NCBI GenBank assembly: GCA_024679065.1
Contig: JAGIQG010000009.1
Coordinates: 102,238,001-102,302,000, forward strand
Direction of reading: 5' to 3'
Source: Sphyrna mokarran
Lineage: Eukaryota
DNA length: 64,000 nt
Shown here: positions 1-12,360 of the stretch, one piece after another
How the letters are laid out: every line of letters starts with the position of its first letter
Position numbering within the stretch: the first letter of the stretch is position 1
Translations under genes and position numbers: made by a program
The notes under the pieces: model-generated
What the model saw: the letters and a program-made list of their open reading frames with translations, nothing else
What the model was told of the DNA's origin: nothing
Databases searched by the model: none

Positions 1-142
1 GTGCCCATCACGTGACCTGACCTGTCAGGATTAAATCAGTCAACAAAGTTTACAAACTGCCGACAATCTTTATTGGTTTCCATTAGAAATAGAATAATTG
101 TGCTATCAAAACACTTGGTTTTCAAGTCACATGAATACTCAC

Positions 143-223
143 CAAATACGAGAACAAATAGGAATATTGACACGCACAGAGCAACAGCTAGAATCATCCC
201 AAGGTACGTTCTGGATGCAAGAC
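143..223 (-). CDS. Ig-superfamily receptor, exon 4 (transmembrane): (G)LASRTYLGMILAVALCVSIFLFVLVF(G)
   Basis: Acceptor tttctattttag| and donor |gtgagt on the minus strand; 81 nt, phase 1-1; about 20-aa hydrophobic helix in frame with the IgC2 exon. Confidence 0.85.
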
Positions 224-377
224 CTAAAATAGAAATGTAATGATTTGTCTTCAACTCCTGTTAAAGGAAAGCAAATGTTTAAACCACTGGAATTGCTGGA
301 TTAAAGCAACCAATGGCACAGGTCTGAAGAACAACATGGGAGTTCCTCTGCATCAGAGAAGCTCTAACTACATTTTA

Positions 378-1510
378 GATGTCAGCTGTGGCTCAATGTG
401 TAATTCTTTCACCTCAGAGGCAAAATGTTATGGGTTATATCTCATTCTAAGAGTTGCAAACAAAAATTCCAGGTCAACTCATGCATTCAGTAGAAGGGAA
501 TGTGCTACATCATTGGAGATGCTGCTGGAATTCCCCAACCTAACCCACAACTGGGATTCACCAATCTCACAGCTTAAATGAAGATTTTACTGAGTGTCAA
601 ATTTTCCATTCTCACGAAGAGCAGTGGCAAGGCACACAAAACTGGACAATTCCAGCCACTATCTTTCTGATAAAGGGTGGGTTTTATGGTTGCACTTGTC
701 CTGAAAATGTAAATTCCTGCCCCAGGTTAACAGACCTCGCCATTGGCCACCTCTTGTCATCTCCAATTCCCGTGCTGGGCAGTGTGGTACAATTCTAGCT
801 GATATGTTTAACATAAGGGCAATTATGACACATCAATTTGAAGAAGAGCAGGGGTATCAGGCAGCATGGTGGCACAGTGGTTAATACTGTTGCCTCACAG
901 CACCAGGGACCGGGTTCTAATTCCAGTTTGGGTCACCGTCTATAGGGCTTCTGCACGTTCTACCCCATATCTGCATGGGTTTCCTCCAGGTGTTCCAGTT
1001 TCCTCCCACAGTCTGAAAGACGCACCAGTTCAATGCATTTGTCATGCTGAATTCTCCCTCAGTGCAGCCAAACTAGTTTGTGGAGTGTAGCTACTAAAGG
1101 ATTTTCTACAGTAACTTCATTGCAGTGTTAACGCAAGCCTACTTGTGACACTAATTAATAAACTTTAAAGTTCTCCTGGTCAATACTTACACCTCAGCAA
1201 AACCTTTCCTCTGGGATCATGCAATTCATAAAACATACCACTAAAATGTCTACATTACAACAGTGACTAACCTCTAAGATATTTTTTATTCATTCATGGA
1301 ACCTGGGTATCACTGGCTGGCCAGCATTTATTCCCCATCCCTAGTTGTCCTTGTTCACAGGGCAGTTGAGAGTCAACCACAACATGAGAGTCACATGTAG
1401 ATCAGAACGGCAGATTTCCTTCACTTAAGGATGCGAGTGAACTAGATTCATTGGCTGTAAAGCCTTTCAGGGCATTCTGAGATTATGAAACAAAATACTA
1501 AAATGCAAGT
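378..1510 (+). mobile_element. Old DeuSINE (SacSINE1-like) remnant, interrupted by younger SINEs
   Basis: tRNA-like head gtcagctgtggctca (~380), 'gaagaagagcagggg' (~840), Deu-type tail 'ctacattacaacagtgact' and 'ttcattggctgtaaagc...aaatgcaagt'. Confidence 0.55.
860..1170 (+). mobile_element. HE1-like V-SINE
   Basis: Head ggcagcatggtggcacagtggttaatactgttgcctcacagcaccagggaccgggttc followed by V-domain gggtttcctccaggtgttccagtttcctcccacagtc. Confidence 0.85.
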
Positions 1511-2347
1511 GGAGGTACCAAATGTCGTATGTTATCTCAAACTATTACACCAGCATCAATCAGTTCAGCAAGGGAGAAAAAAAAAATACTCAAATCATAA
1601 TCAACTAATGAAATTGTGGAGAAGCCACGTGGTCCCTAACTGCATTTCAAAACACACTGGGGTCAACAGGCCAAAGACCTGGTTGACATTTTGTTCCTGA
1701 ACATAAGCAAAAATACAAAACTTACATTCAACAACAGCAGAGTGTATTGCATAGTTCCGTTCTTCATATTTTATATGTCTATAAGATGCTAAGGCATATT
1801 GAATTAGGTAAGATTAAACATGTTGAGGTTCTTAAAACAAGAGACGACTGATTGGTGATGTGACCAAGTTCTTTTAGATTTTGAAAGGGTTGAATAGGGT
1901 AGACGTAAAGAAGATGTTTCCAAGTGTACATAAGGTCAGAACTAAATATAAGAACATAAATATGTCCATGAATTAGAAAATTCAAGAGAAAGGTCTGATT
2001 ATTGAGGTGCATAGTACAGAAGCATTGAAGGGGAAGAGAAATAAACATACGAGAGCGAGAAAGGAATAGAACACACAATGTTCTTTGTAAATTGAAGAGG
2101 GGGCTGGCATGGAACATAAAACACTAACAAGGACATGTTGGACCAAATAGTCCATTTCTATGTAATCCTAGACTCAGTAATTCAATTAAAGCAAATTACT
2201 GTGGGTGCTGGAAACCGAAAGTAAAACAGAAATTGCTAGAAAATCCCAACAGTGTGACAGTATCTGTGAAGAGAGAATAGAGCTAATATTTGGAGTCAGG
2301 ATGACTTTTCATCAAAGCTGTGTTCGATGTTGATCTGACAGACTTAC

Positions 2348-2617
2348 CCCTGATGGTCAACTGATAGCTGTTGTTGCTTCGACTGACAAGGTTCTGGAAA
2401 GTACAGGTATAATAACCAGAATCTGATGCCTGTATGTTGCTAATGGTTAAAGTACTGTTGCTCTCCGACAGCCAATAACGCTCATCATCTGGAAGTGCGA
2501 GCCCTCCTCTGGTCCACTGAATGGAATCGGCTCTCCCGGTCTGCACCACACAGTTCAGTGTAACTGTGTTGTCGTCAGTGCTGTTATTTCTGAAGATATT
2601 GGGCGTAGAAAGAGGAT
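2348..2617 (-). CDS. Ig-superfamily receptor, exon 3 (IgC2 domain)
   Basis: Acceptor ctttttccag| and donor |gtaagt; 270 nt, phase 1-1; VTLNC...IQW...STLTISNIQASDSGYYTC...QNLVS motif; N-glycosylation sequons NNS/NST. Confidence 0.93.
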
Positions 2618-3149
2618 CTGGAAAAAGGGACAAACAGAGGGTATCAGTTAATGAACAAATGCACTGATATGCAGTGCTGTCACACCCAGGAAGTGTCAGT
2701 ATGTTTTACACCAAAGGAGAATAATGTTGAGTGCTTTTGCGGTTGTAGTGAGTTTCAATAGTATGCTCTTTGTTATAAGACCAGCCAGAGGACACAAAGC
2801 ATCTGCTGCATCCTTGTTCCATTGATTGTAATGGATCCCAACATGCAACTGTCTTCTTCAAACTGTGTCAACTGTCTATACTTTGAGATTGCAACCATTC
2901 TCAATTGCCATGGGTTGTGTTCCTGTCTGCTTTATTTAGCCAATGCATCATATCCAAGCTCTAAATAAACTGCATTAAACTTCTTCCGAATATCAACTGC
3001 CTATCTTGGGTATCTGTGACTCCTGAATCCAAAAGCTTATGATGCTGAACAGTGGTAGCAGCAGAAATAAGCAATCTCATAACTAATAGATAAACTCAAA
3101 GCCCACAATCCAGTTGCTAAAAGTGATGGATAATTCAAGAATTAATCAG

Positions 3150-3955
3150 AGGAGGAGGCTCTAAATGCTGTGTAACCTGGTCAGCATTCATACTTGGCTG
3201 ATAGTGGCAAGTAACACTTGTGCCACACAAGTGCCTGGTAATGACCAAGACTGAATAATAAGAAAGAATCCAAATGCTCAAGAGCATCGCCTTCACTGGA
3301 TCTCCACCATCAACATCCTAGGGTTACTACTGAGTAGACATTCAACTTACTAGACATATGAATACTATGGCTACAAGAATAGGTCAGAGACAGGAAATCC
3401 TGCAGCAAGTAATTCACTTCCTTATTGGAAATGTGGAAAATTGTTCAGTTATGTTCTCAACACAAAAAAGCAGGATAAATCCAACCTAGCTAATTACCTC
3501 CCCCCATCATTCTACTGTCAACCATTAGTAAAGTAATAGAAGGGATCATCAACTGTGTTATTAATCAGTCATTGCTCACCAATAAACTACTCACTAATGC
3601 TCAGTTTGGGCTCCATCAGGATCACTCGATTCCTCACCTCACTCCAGCCTTGGTTCATACATGGACAAAAGAGCTGAATACCAAAGATGAGGTGAGAGTC
3701 GCTGCCTTTACATCAAGACAGCATTGTACCAAATTATGGCATTTCAGGAGCCCTAGAAAAACTGAAGTCAATGGGAATCAGAGGAAAATTCTCCGCTGGT
3801 TAGAGTCACATGTCGCACAGAGGAAGTCGGTTGTGGTTGGAGTTCAATCATCTCCATTCCAGGACATCACTGCACCTTGTCAAGGGCAATAAGGGATCAG
3901 CAAAGAATGCTGACCTAGCCAATGAAATCTACATCCATCGAGTTAATGAAAAACG
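3150..3955 (+). mobile_element. Degenerate non-LTR (CR1/L2-group) RT fragments and 3' tail
   Basis: ORF 3572-3892 LLTNAQFGLHQDHS...ALVHTWTKEL resembles the RT motif QFGFR..HS; ends in gggcaataa...gcca...catcca tail. Confidence 0.6.
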
Positions 3956-4037
3956 AAACTTGGTCCATATTTGATTGTCATTATATCTTTCCTGCAAAAG
4001 TTTAATATAGGAAAATGTATAAACTATTCAGCCATTA

Positions 4038-4232
4038 TGTGGAGATGTCGGTGTTGGACTGGGGTGGGCACAGTAAAAAGTCTCACAACACCAAGTCTAA
4101 CAGGTTTATTTGGAACCACAAGCTTTCAAAGCGTTGATTCGCCTGATGAAGGAACAGCACTCCGAAAGCTCGTGATTCCAAATAAAAGTACTGTTAGATT
4201 TAATTTGCTTTTATGAGAATTCTTACTATGCA
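4038..4232. mobile_element. Penelope-like fold-back (hairpin) element
   Basis: Family terminus tgtggagatgtcggtgttggactggggt...aagtctcacaacacc, followed by its inverted copy. Confidence 0.75.
4139..4175 (+). ncRNA. Minimal hammerhead ribozyme motif (Penelope pLTR)
   Basis: tcgc-CTGATGA-a-GGA-acagcac-TCC-GAAA-gc-TC-gtga: intact core, stem II, palindromic AGCT stem III, NUH site and stem I. Confidence 0.7.
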
Positions 4233-4329
4233 GTCTTTGTAATGCTGCATTTGATTATACAATTAGTATGTGCCAAACCTTGAAGAATAGTGGAATACTT
4301 TCATTTCTGAGGGAAAATGTTCTTCACGG

Positions 4330-4735
4330 CAGTCTTCATGATATATGACAGCGCAGAGTCACTGAGCAGAAATTGATAGCCAAGTTCCACACACGAGGAC
4401 GGCCTTAACTGAGATCTTGGGTTCATGTCACACTATTTGTAACCCCCAAAACTTGCCTGGGCTTACAACATCTCACTGTGGAGACAATACACATCTCTTT
4501 AACCTCTGTTTAATGCTGTCTCCACTGACATTGATTAGCTGCAAGACTCTCGTTCTAATCAGTATTCTGTAAACTATATGCTCTGTTTGTGATCAAAATT
4601 CCCACTCACTTGACGAAGGGGCAAATCCCGAAAGCTAGTGGCATTTACTACCAAATAAACCTGTTGGACTTTAACCTGGTGTGCTGAAACTTCCTACTGT
4701 GTTTATCCCAGTACAACGCCGACATCTCCACATCT
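4330..4735 (+). mobile_element. Penelope-like element 3' end (GIY-YIG C-terminus plus pLTR with hammerhead-like motif at 4607-4640)
   Basis: Encodes EQKLIAKF.T.EDGLN.DLGFM, matching 63270-63340; motif cac-TTGACGA-a-ggg..ccc-GAAAGCTA-gtg. Confidence 0.8.
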
Positions 4736-5254
4736 TGAAGGAAGCGATTCAGGAGCTGGGGACAATAGAATTAAAAAACCAATGACAGTTTCTGGGCAAA
4801 AAAAAAAAGCAAATTACTGCAGATGCTGGAATCTGAAACCAAAAGAAAAAGCGATGGAAAATCTCAGCAAATCTAGCAACATCTGCAAGAGAAAAGAGTT
4901 GATGTTTCGAGTCCAGAAGACTTTCTATCAAAGCTGACTCGAAACATCAGTTCTTTACTCTCCCTACAGATCAACAGGCAGTAGTCGGTCCAATGCAACC
5001 AACACAAAGCAGCAATCAAAAGGAAAATAGTGGAAAACGTGCAGTCACGGGTACAGGTTTGTCTTCATTTCTCACCCAGCATAAAAGTGCCCCTATTTAT
5101 GCTAAAGTCAGTCACATAGATCAATGATCTAACAATTTGTAATAGCTTCAATGTTATCCAAGGACATAGCAATTTGTGAAAAATCCAAAATCACAGAGCC
5201 TTCTAATTTTCCTCAGGAATTCCCTCTCACAACTTAGCATGTCTAATGTTCCCT

Positions 5255-6980
5255 CGGTTGATGCCAGTTCTGGAGGAATTTTCTTATGAGGGGTTGAGTA
5301 GGTTGGGCCTGTATGCATTGGAGTTTAGAAAAATGAGGGGTGTTTTTATTGAAACAGAGTATTCACAGGAAAATTCACAGGATGAATGTCGAGAGGATAT
5401 TTCCTCTTGTGGGAGAGTTTAGGAGCAGAGGGCAAAATTTCAAGTGGTCACCCATTTAAGATAGAGACAAGGAGAAATTTCTTCTCTCAGAGAATAGTGT
5501 ATCTGTAGCGTTCTTACTGCACAGAGCTGTAGAGGTGGGTCATTATGTTCAAGGTTGAGATAGACATTTTTAAATCAAGGGTTATGGGGATAAGTTGGGA
5601 AAGTGGAGTTGAGGATTATGGTCAGATCAGCCATGATCTCATTGAATGGCAGACAAACTTGATGGACCGAATGGCCTACTTCTGCTCCAATGTCCTGTAG
5701 TCTTGTGTCACGAACAAAAAAACATAGAAAATTACAGCACAGGAACAGGCCTCCAAGCCTGCACTGACCAAGCTGCCCAACTTAACCAAAACCCCCTACC
5801 CTTCAAGGACCATATCCCTCTAACCCATCCTATTCATGCACTTGTTAAGACACCCTTAACAGTCCACTTCCACTACCTCCTTCCCTCAACCACTACTCTG
5901 TGTAAAACATCTGCCTTGTACATCTCCTTTAAAGCTTGCCCCTTGCACCTTAAACTTATGCCTCCTAGTAATTGACTCTTCCACCCTGGGAAAAAGCTTC
6001 TAACTGTCCACTCTGTCCATGCCTCTCATAATCTTGTAGACTTCTATCACTCATCCCTCAACATCCATCGCTCCAGTGAGAAAACTGGTTGGCAGAGACA
6101 AAACTAAGAGTAGGAATTAATGGGTCCTTTTCAAATTGGCAGGCAGTGACTCGGGGGATGCCACAGGGATCAATGCTGGGACCCCAGCTGTTCACAATAT
6201 ATATTAATGATTTAGATGAAGGAACAAAATGTAACATTTCAAAGTTTGCAGACGATACCAAGTTGGATGGGAGGGTGCACCGTGACAGGGATGCAGAAAT
6301 CCTTCAGAATGATTTGGACAGGTTGGGTGAGTGGGTTAATCAATGGCAGATTCTGGATAATTTAGATGAGGTTATTCACTTCAGAAGCAAAACAAGGGGG
6401 CAGATTACTATCTGAATGATTGTAAATTGAGAGGGGGAGTGTGCAGCAGGATCTGGGTTTCCTTGGTGAGGCCACACCCAGAGTATTCAGTGCAGTTTTG
6501 ATCTTTTCTGTGGAACGATGTTCTTGCTCTCAAGGGAGTGCAGCAAAAGTTTACCAGGCTGATTCCGGGACTGATGTATGAGGAGAGATTGTTTTTGCTG
6601 GAATTCAGATGAATTGGAGGAGGAAGTATCTCATAGAGGCTAATAACATTCTAACAAGTCTGGACAGGATAGATGTAGGGAGGATGCTCCTGATGGTAGG
6701 AGAGTCCAGAATCAGAGATTACAGTCTGAGGATTCAGGATAGACCATTTAGCATGGAGGTGAGAAGACATTTCTTCACCCAAAGAGTGGTGAGGTTGTGG
6801 AATTCATTACCACAGGAAATAGATGAATGCGTTCAATGGTTTGGCACCAAGAGGCACTTGGGGTGAACAGGATCAAAGGTGATGGGGAAAAAGCGGAATT
6901 AGGCTATTGAGTTGGATGATCAGCCATGATTGTGATGAATAGCGGGGCAGGCTCAGAGGGCCAAATGGTTTCTTTGTTTA
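5255..6980. mobile_element. Cluster of CR1 fragments (5255-5707 +, ~5716-6080 -, ~6080-6980 +)
   Basis: GMPQGSMLGPQLFTIYINDLD...KFADDTK and FFTQRVVRLWNSLP motifs; CR1 3' tails. Confidence 0.85.
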
Positions 6981-6998
6981 TCTGTGGGTACTACTTAC

Positions 6999-7295
6999 CA
7001 AGCACAGTAAGGGTTAGAATTCTGGTCCTGCTCGGGTTCAAATCCACAGTCATTTTGTAGTTACCACTGTCCGCCTCTTGTAAATCTTTTAGCAACAATG
7101 ATCCATTTGATTTGCTAAATTCAATTCGAGTTGTGTAGTGTTTGAATATTATTTCATGGCCTTCACTGTATTCTAAAATGGGAAGAGACTTGCTGGAGAT
7201 GAAGTCCCAGTCGAGAGACTTAAATTCCTCATCAGTTCCAGGAAATAGAACGGAGGAACCTGTAGCAGCGACCAAGCTGTTTTTCGCTATTTGTG
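6999..7295 (-). CDS. Ig-superfamily receptor, exon 2 (N-terminal IgV-like domain without disulfide; CD2/SLAM/CEACAM/HEPACAM type)
   Basis: Acceptor ttttctatttcag| and donor |gtaagt; 297 nt, phase 1-1; GSSVLF...LDW...RIEFSKSNGSLLLKDLQEADSGNYKMTV...LTLTVL; no Cys. Confidence 0.93.
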
Positions 7296-7399
7296 CTGAA
7301 ATAGAAAATAAAGAACATTTTACACAAAGTTATCAGATTTAATCATTTCAAACAGGAGGCAACGAGCTCAACATCTCCCTGGTAACTGATGCTGCTCAA

Positions 7400-8062
7400 G
7401 TTAAAAGTTTATTAGTCCAAGTAAGGCTTATATTAACACTGCAATGAAGTTACTGTGAAATTCCTCTAGTCACCACTCTCTGGCACCTGCTTGGTCAATG
7501 CATCTAACCAGCATGTCTTTCAGACTGTGGGAGGAAACCCACGCAGACACAGGGAGAACGTGCAAACTCCACACAAACAGAGATCCAAGCAGGGAATTAA
7601 ACCCAGGTCCTGGCACTGTGAGGCAGCAGTGTTAACCACTGTGCCACTTACATTCTCCTTCACATCTCACATGCACTATTAAACTGTGCCAGAGCCTCCT
7701 TGCAAGATTTCAGTTTTCATAAAATCCCTACAAAAGGAGGCCATTCAGCCCATTGAGTCTGCACCCGACTCTCTAAAAGAGCATCTTATCCAGGCTCTTT
7801 CCCGTGCCATATTGCCGTAACCTCATACGTTTACCATGGCTAATCCACACATCTTGGTGTGCTAATGAACGATTTAGCACGGACGATCCACCTAATGTAC
7901 ACATCTTTGGATTGTGGGAGGAAACCGGAGCACCCAGAGAAAATCCATGCTGATATGGACAGAACATGCAAACTCCACACCAATCACCTAAGGCTGGAAT
8001 TGAACCTGGGTTCCTGTTGCTGTGAGGCAGGACTTCCAAAAACAGTGCCACCATGCTACCCA
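7400..8062 (-). mobile_element. Two HE1-like V-SINE copies (~7400-7647 and ~7720-8062)
   Basis: Reverse-complement V-domain (gtgggaggaaaccggagcaccc...gcaaactccacac) and head (gtgaggcagcagtgttaaccactgtgcc). Confidence 0.85.
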
Positions 8063-8994
8063 AGCTAGATCCAATTTAATGTTTAAATTATTCCTTTAGT
8101 AATACCAGTGGGACATAGTGACTTCACTCTTAGACAGTGACATCCAAAGAGGAAAAGCATCATCAGGATCCAGAGTTGAATGATGGAATATCCCAAATAC
8201 AAACAGGATTCAAATTTATAGGTTGGAGATTAGCTCATAGTGGAAGAGCATTGACCTGTACAGACAAGAGTTTAATGACAGAGAGCCTAATTTCATAGAA
8301 TTGAACAATGCAAAAGGAGACTATTCAACCCACTATTCCAGTGCTATCTCTGAATGAGCTAACCAAATTCAAAAGGTCCTTCCTACAGCCCTGTACGTCT
8401 TTCCCTTTTCAATTATACATTCAATCCTTTTTCTAAAACTGGTACTGAATCTGATGGATTGCTTCAGATGGTTAATTAGAGAGGAGTGCATACCCATTTG
8501 GGTGTCCAGGCTAGGACAACATGGAAATTGGGACTATGTTGTCAGCAGAAAGTCACTCACTACAAACTTAAAGGCCTCCTGCTCTCTGAAAATGTCTTTA
8601 TTGAAGGTTTAAAAAAAAGATGTTAAAACCATGCAGGCAGTGCACAGCAAACAGCAGAAACTGCTGCTACATACAGATACGGGGTTGAATAATACGCTAG
8701 CATACTGAGGGCAGGTTCCACTGAAGGGAGTTGGCAATGTCATCATTTCTGGATGTGCCTGATAAGATGCAAATTGCTGCGTAAAATTGGCAAGAGCAGA
8801 TTAGATGTCTATACCCTACCCAATGAGTGGATCTGGTCTCAGTTCTGAGACCGTGACCCACAGCAGGATTATGACCAGCACTGAAAGGGACAGGAAAGTA
8901 TCAGGAGACCCATCAAATGAATGATCTTGTGAAATCAAGTCTTGCAGATTAGACGGTGAATTTTTAAGATTTTCTCTGCAAACTTTGCCTCTCT

Positions 8995-10165
8995 TCAAAC
9001 AAAAAAACAAGGAACAGTATAGCACAGGAACAGGCCCTTTGGCCCATCAAGCTTGCACCAACACAATACACTTTCTGAATAAGAGACCTTTTGCCTCTAT
9101 GCCTATTTATCGATCAAGATGCCTCTTAAACATTGCTGTTGTAGCTGCTTCTACCACTGTCTCTGGTAGCACGTTTGTCACTCACCACCTTCTGAATAAA
9201 ACCCTGACTCTTACATCTATAAGAATTTTCCCCCTTTTATCTTAAACCTATATCCCTGAATAATTAACATTTCTACCCTGGAAGAAAGATACTATCCATG
9301 TCTCTTATAATTTTGTGAACTTCCAATAGGTCGCTCCCCTCCTCTGCCTTGGGCGTTCAAACTAAAACAAACTAAGTTGGTCTAATCTCTTTTCATAGCT
9401 AATGCCCTACAAATTAGGCAATACCCAGATAAACTTTTCTTTACCCTCTTCAAAGCTTCCACGTCCTTCTGTTAATGTGGCAGCCAGAACTGTATGCAAT
9501 ATTCCAAATATGGCTTAACTAAAGTTCACAGAATCATAGAATCCCCACAGTGCAGAAGGAGGCTATTCAACCCATAGAGTCTGTGCCAACGACAATTCCA
9601 TCCAAATCCAACCTCCGTAACTCCACATATTTTCCCCTTCTAATCTCCCCACACTAAGGGGCAATTTAGCATGGCCAATCCACTCAACCAACACATCTTT
9701 TGGACTGTGGGGGGAAACCAGAGTGCCCGGAGGAAACCCAAGCAAACATGCAGAATGTGCAAACTCCACACAGGCCGTGACTGGAGGTCGGAATTGAGCC
9801 CAGTTTCCTGGCACTGTGAGACAGCAGTGCTAACCACTGTGCCGCCGAGCTGCCCATACGCTGCAACATGACGTCAATTTTTATACTCTATTCCTCAACC
9901 AATGAAGGCAAGCATGCCATTTGCCTTCTTGCCCACCTTATCTACTTGTGTTGCCACTTTCAGGGAACGTCTAGATCCCTAATGCTAATGCTTCTAAGAG
10001 TTCTGCCAATTATTGTATACTTTCCTGCTGCAACAGACCTTCCAAAATGCATCACTCTCATTTGTCCTGAGTAAATTTTATTTGTCATTTCTCCACCCAT
10101 TTGCATCCTACTGTATCATTGGCAATCCTCACTATCCACAGCTCCTTCAATCTTTGGGTCAGTGG
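8995..10165 (-). mobile_element. CR1 3' fragment interrupted by an HE1 V-SINE (~9530-9852)
   Basis: CR1 tail acagcacaggaacaggcc; the CR1 resumes after the SINE at tacgctgcaacatg. Confidence 0.75.
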
Positions 10166-11398
10166 CATTCTTTTTAAAGATCAGGTGCACCCCGCTTCCT
10201 GACATGGAGAAGTTATTTATTCACAGAGTCACAGACATTTACAGCATGTAACAGGTCCTTCAGCCCAACTTGTCCATGCCACTCTTTCTTTTTAAGTCCC
10301 AAAGCTAATCCTTATTGGTCCATATGCCTCTACACCCATCTTATCTATGGAGATGTCTAAATGCTTTTTACCCGTCTCTACTACTACCTCTGGCAGCTTG
10401 TTCCAAACACTCACCACCCTATCTGAAAAAATTGCCCCTCTGAACACTTTGGTATCGTTCCCCTCTCATCTTAAATATGCCCTTTAGTTTTAGGCTCCCC
10501 TATCTTTAGGAAAAGATATTGACTATATAGCTGATCTGTTCCCTCATTACTTTATAGACTTTTATAAGATCACCCCTCAGTCTCTTAGCGTTTCAGAGAA
10601 AAAAGTCCCAGTCTATCCAGCCTCTCTTTACAACTCAAACCATCAAATGATCCTAGTAAATCTTTTCTGCACTCTTTCTAGTTTAATAATCATAGAAACC
10701 CTACAGAACAGCAAGAGGGCATTTGGCCCATCGAGTCTGCACCGACCACAATCCCACCCAGGCTCTACCCCTATACCCCTTCATATTTACCCACTAATCC
10801 TTGTAACATATGCATCTCAGCACACTAAGGGCAATTTTTAGCATAGCCAATCAACCTAAACCATACAGCTTTGGACTGTGGTAGAAAACCGGAGCACCTG
10901 GAGGAAACCCATCCAGGGAGAATGTGCAAACTCCACACAAACAATGACCCAAGCAGGGAATCAAATACAGGTCCCTAGAGCTATAAAGCAGCAGTGCTAA
11001 CCACTGTGCTATCATGCCATCCCTAATATCCTTTCTATAATAGGGTCATCAAAACTACATATATATGTATATATATATATTCCTTATTGTTCCTTGGGAG
11101 TGGCTGGTGTGAGGAGAGCTGGTGAGTAAATTTCTGTGTTTTTTTTTCTCCAAAATCGTGTCTGGTTTTTTTTTTAACTCTTAAAACCGGAAATAGGAAG
11201 TAGTCACAGGGAGGCCTGTGCAGGAGTTTTTTTTTCACCTGGACCTCCATAAATTGGGAAGGTGAAGAATCCCGATACTCTACACGTGTAGAGTATTCCA
11301 ACCCTCCCCCTCCTCTCTCCTAATAAAAAATGGAGACTAGGACTGTGAGTAGGTAAGTTTAAGTTTATATTTGTTTCTGGGTAAAGAAAGTAATAGTG

Positions 11399-12310
11399 AT
11401 GGCAGTGCGATGTACCTCCTGTGGGATGTTTGAGGTGAGGGGCACTGGTAGTGTCCCAGCTGATTACACCTGCCAGAGGTGCATCCAGTTCCACCTCCTT
11501 GAGGACCGTGTTAGGGACCTGGAGCTGGAACTGGTGGAACTAAGAATTATTAGGGAAGCAGAGATGGCTGTTGATAAAAGCTACAGGGAGATAGTTACTC
11601 CTAAATGTGATACACAGGTGACTGTTAGAAGGGTGTAAGAAGCAGTCAGTGCAGAGTTCCCCTGAGGCTGTTCCTCTACGCAATAAGTACTCTGCTTTGG
11701 ATGCTGTTGGGGATGTAGATACAATCAGGGTAAGCTATGGAGTACAGGTCTCGGGAGTTGAGCTTGTCCTTGATGCTCAGGTGGGAAGGGGGAAGAAAAG
11801 ATCTGGATTAGTGATTGGGGACTCCCTAGTTAAGGGGATAGATAGGAGGGTCTGTGAGAAGGAGCGGGACTCGCGGCTGGTATGTTGCCTCCCGGGCGCT
11901 GGGGTCAGTGATATCTCTGACCGAGTGTTTGGGATCCTTAAGGGGGAGGGGAACCAGCCCCAAGTTGTGGTGCATGTAGGTACCCATGACGTAGGTAGGA
12001 AAAGGGATGGGGATATAAAGCAGAAATTCAGAGAGTTAGGGTGGAAACTTAGGTCTAAAACTAACGGAGTGGTTATCTCTGGTTTGTTACCTGTGCCGCA
12101 GGATAGCATAGAAAAGAATAGGGAGAGAGAACATTTGAACTCGTAGCTAAAGGGATGGTGCAGGAGGGAAGGGTTCAGGTATTTGGACAATTGGGGCTCA
12201 TTCTGGGGAAGGTGGGACCTCTACAAGAGGGATGGTCTGCACCTGAACTGGAGAGGTACCAATATCTTGGGAGGTAAATTTACCAGTGCTATTCGGGCGG
12301 GTTTAAACTG
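11399..12310 (+). pseudogene. CR1 ORF1 (zinc finger/leucine zipper + SGNH esterase), disrupted
   Basis: MAVRCTSCGM...CQRC..LEDRVRDLELEL; VIGDSLV, CLPGA, VHVGTHD, DGLHLN; stop/frameshift near 11638 and stop at 12144. Confidence 0.9.
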
Positions 12311-12360
12311 ATTCGGGGGGGGATGGGAACCTGAATTGTTGTGCCAGTATACAGGAGGAT

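Noticed and set aside
8224-8270. tRNA-Cys-like sequence (tagctcatagtggaagagcattgac...)
   Set aside because: Only a degenerate 5' part; no T-arm/B-box or acceptor stem.
8816-9025. Hydrophobic minus-strand ORF as an alternative leader or TM exon
   Set aside because: No in-frame ATG, starts inside a CR1 tail, and has no convincing splice-site pair.
11649-12146. Host GDSL lipase/esterase gene
   Set aside because: It is the esterase domain of CR1 ORF1, directly upstream of the endonuclease-RT ORF2.
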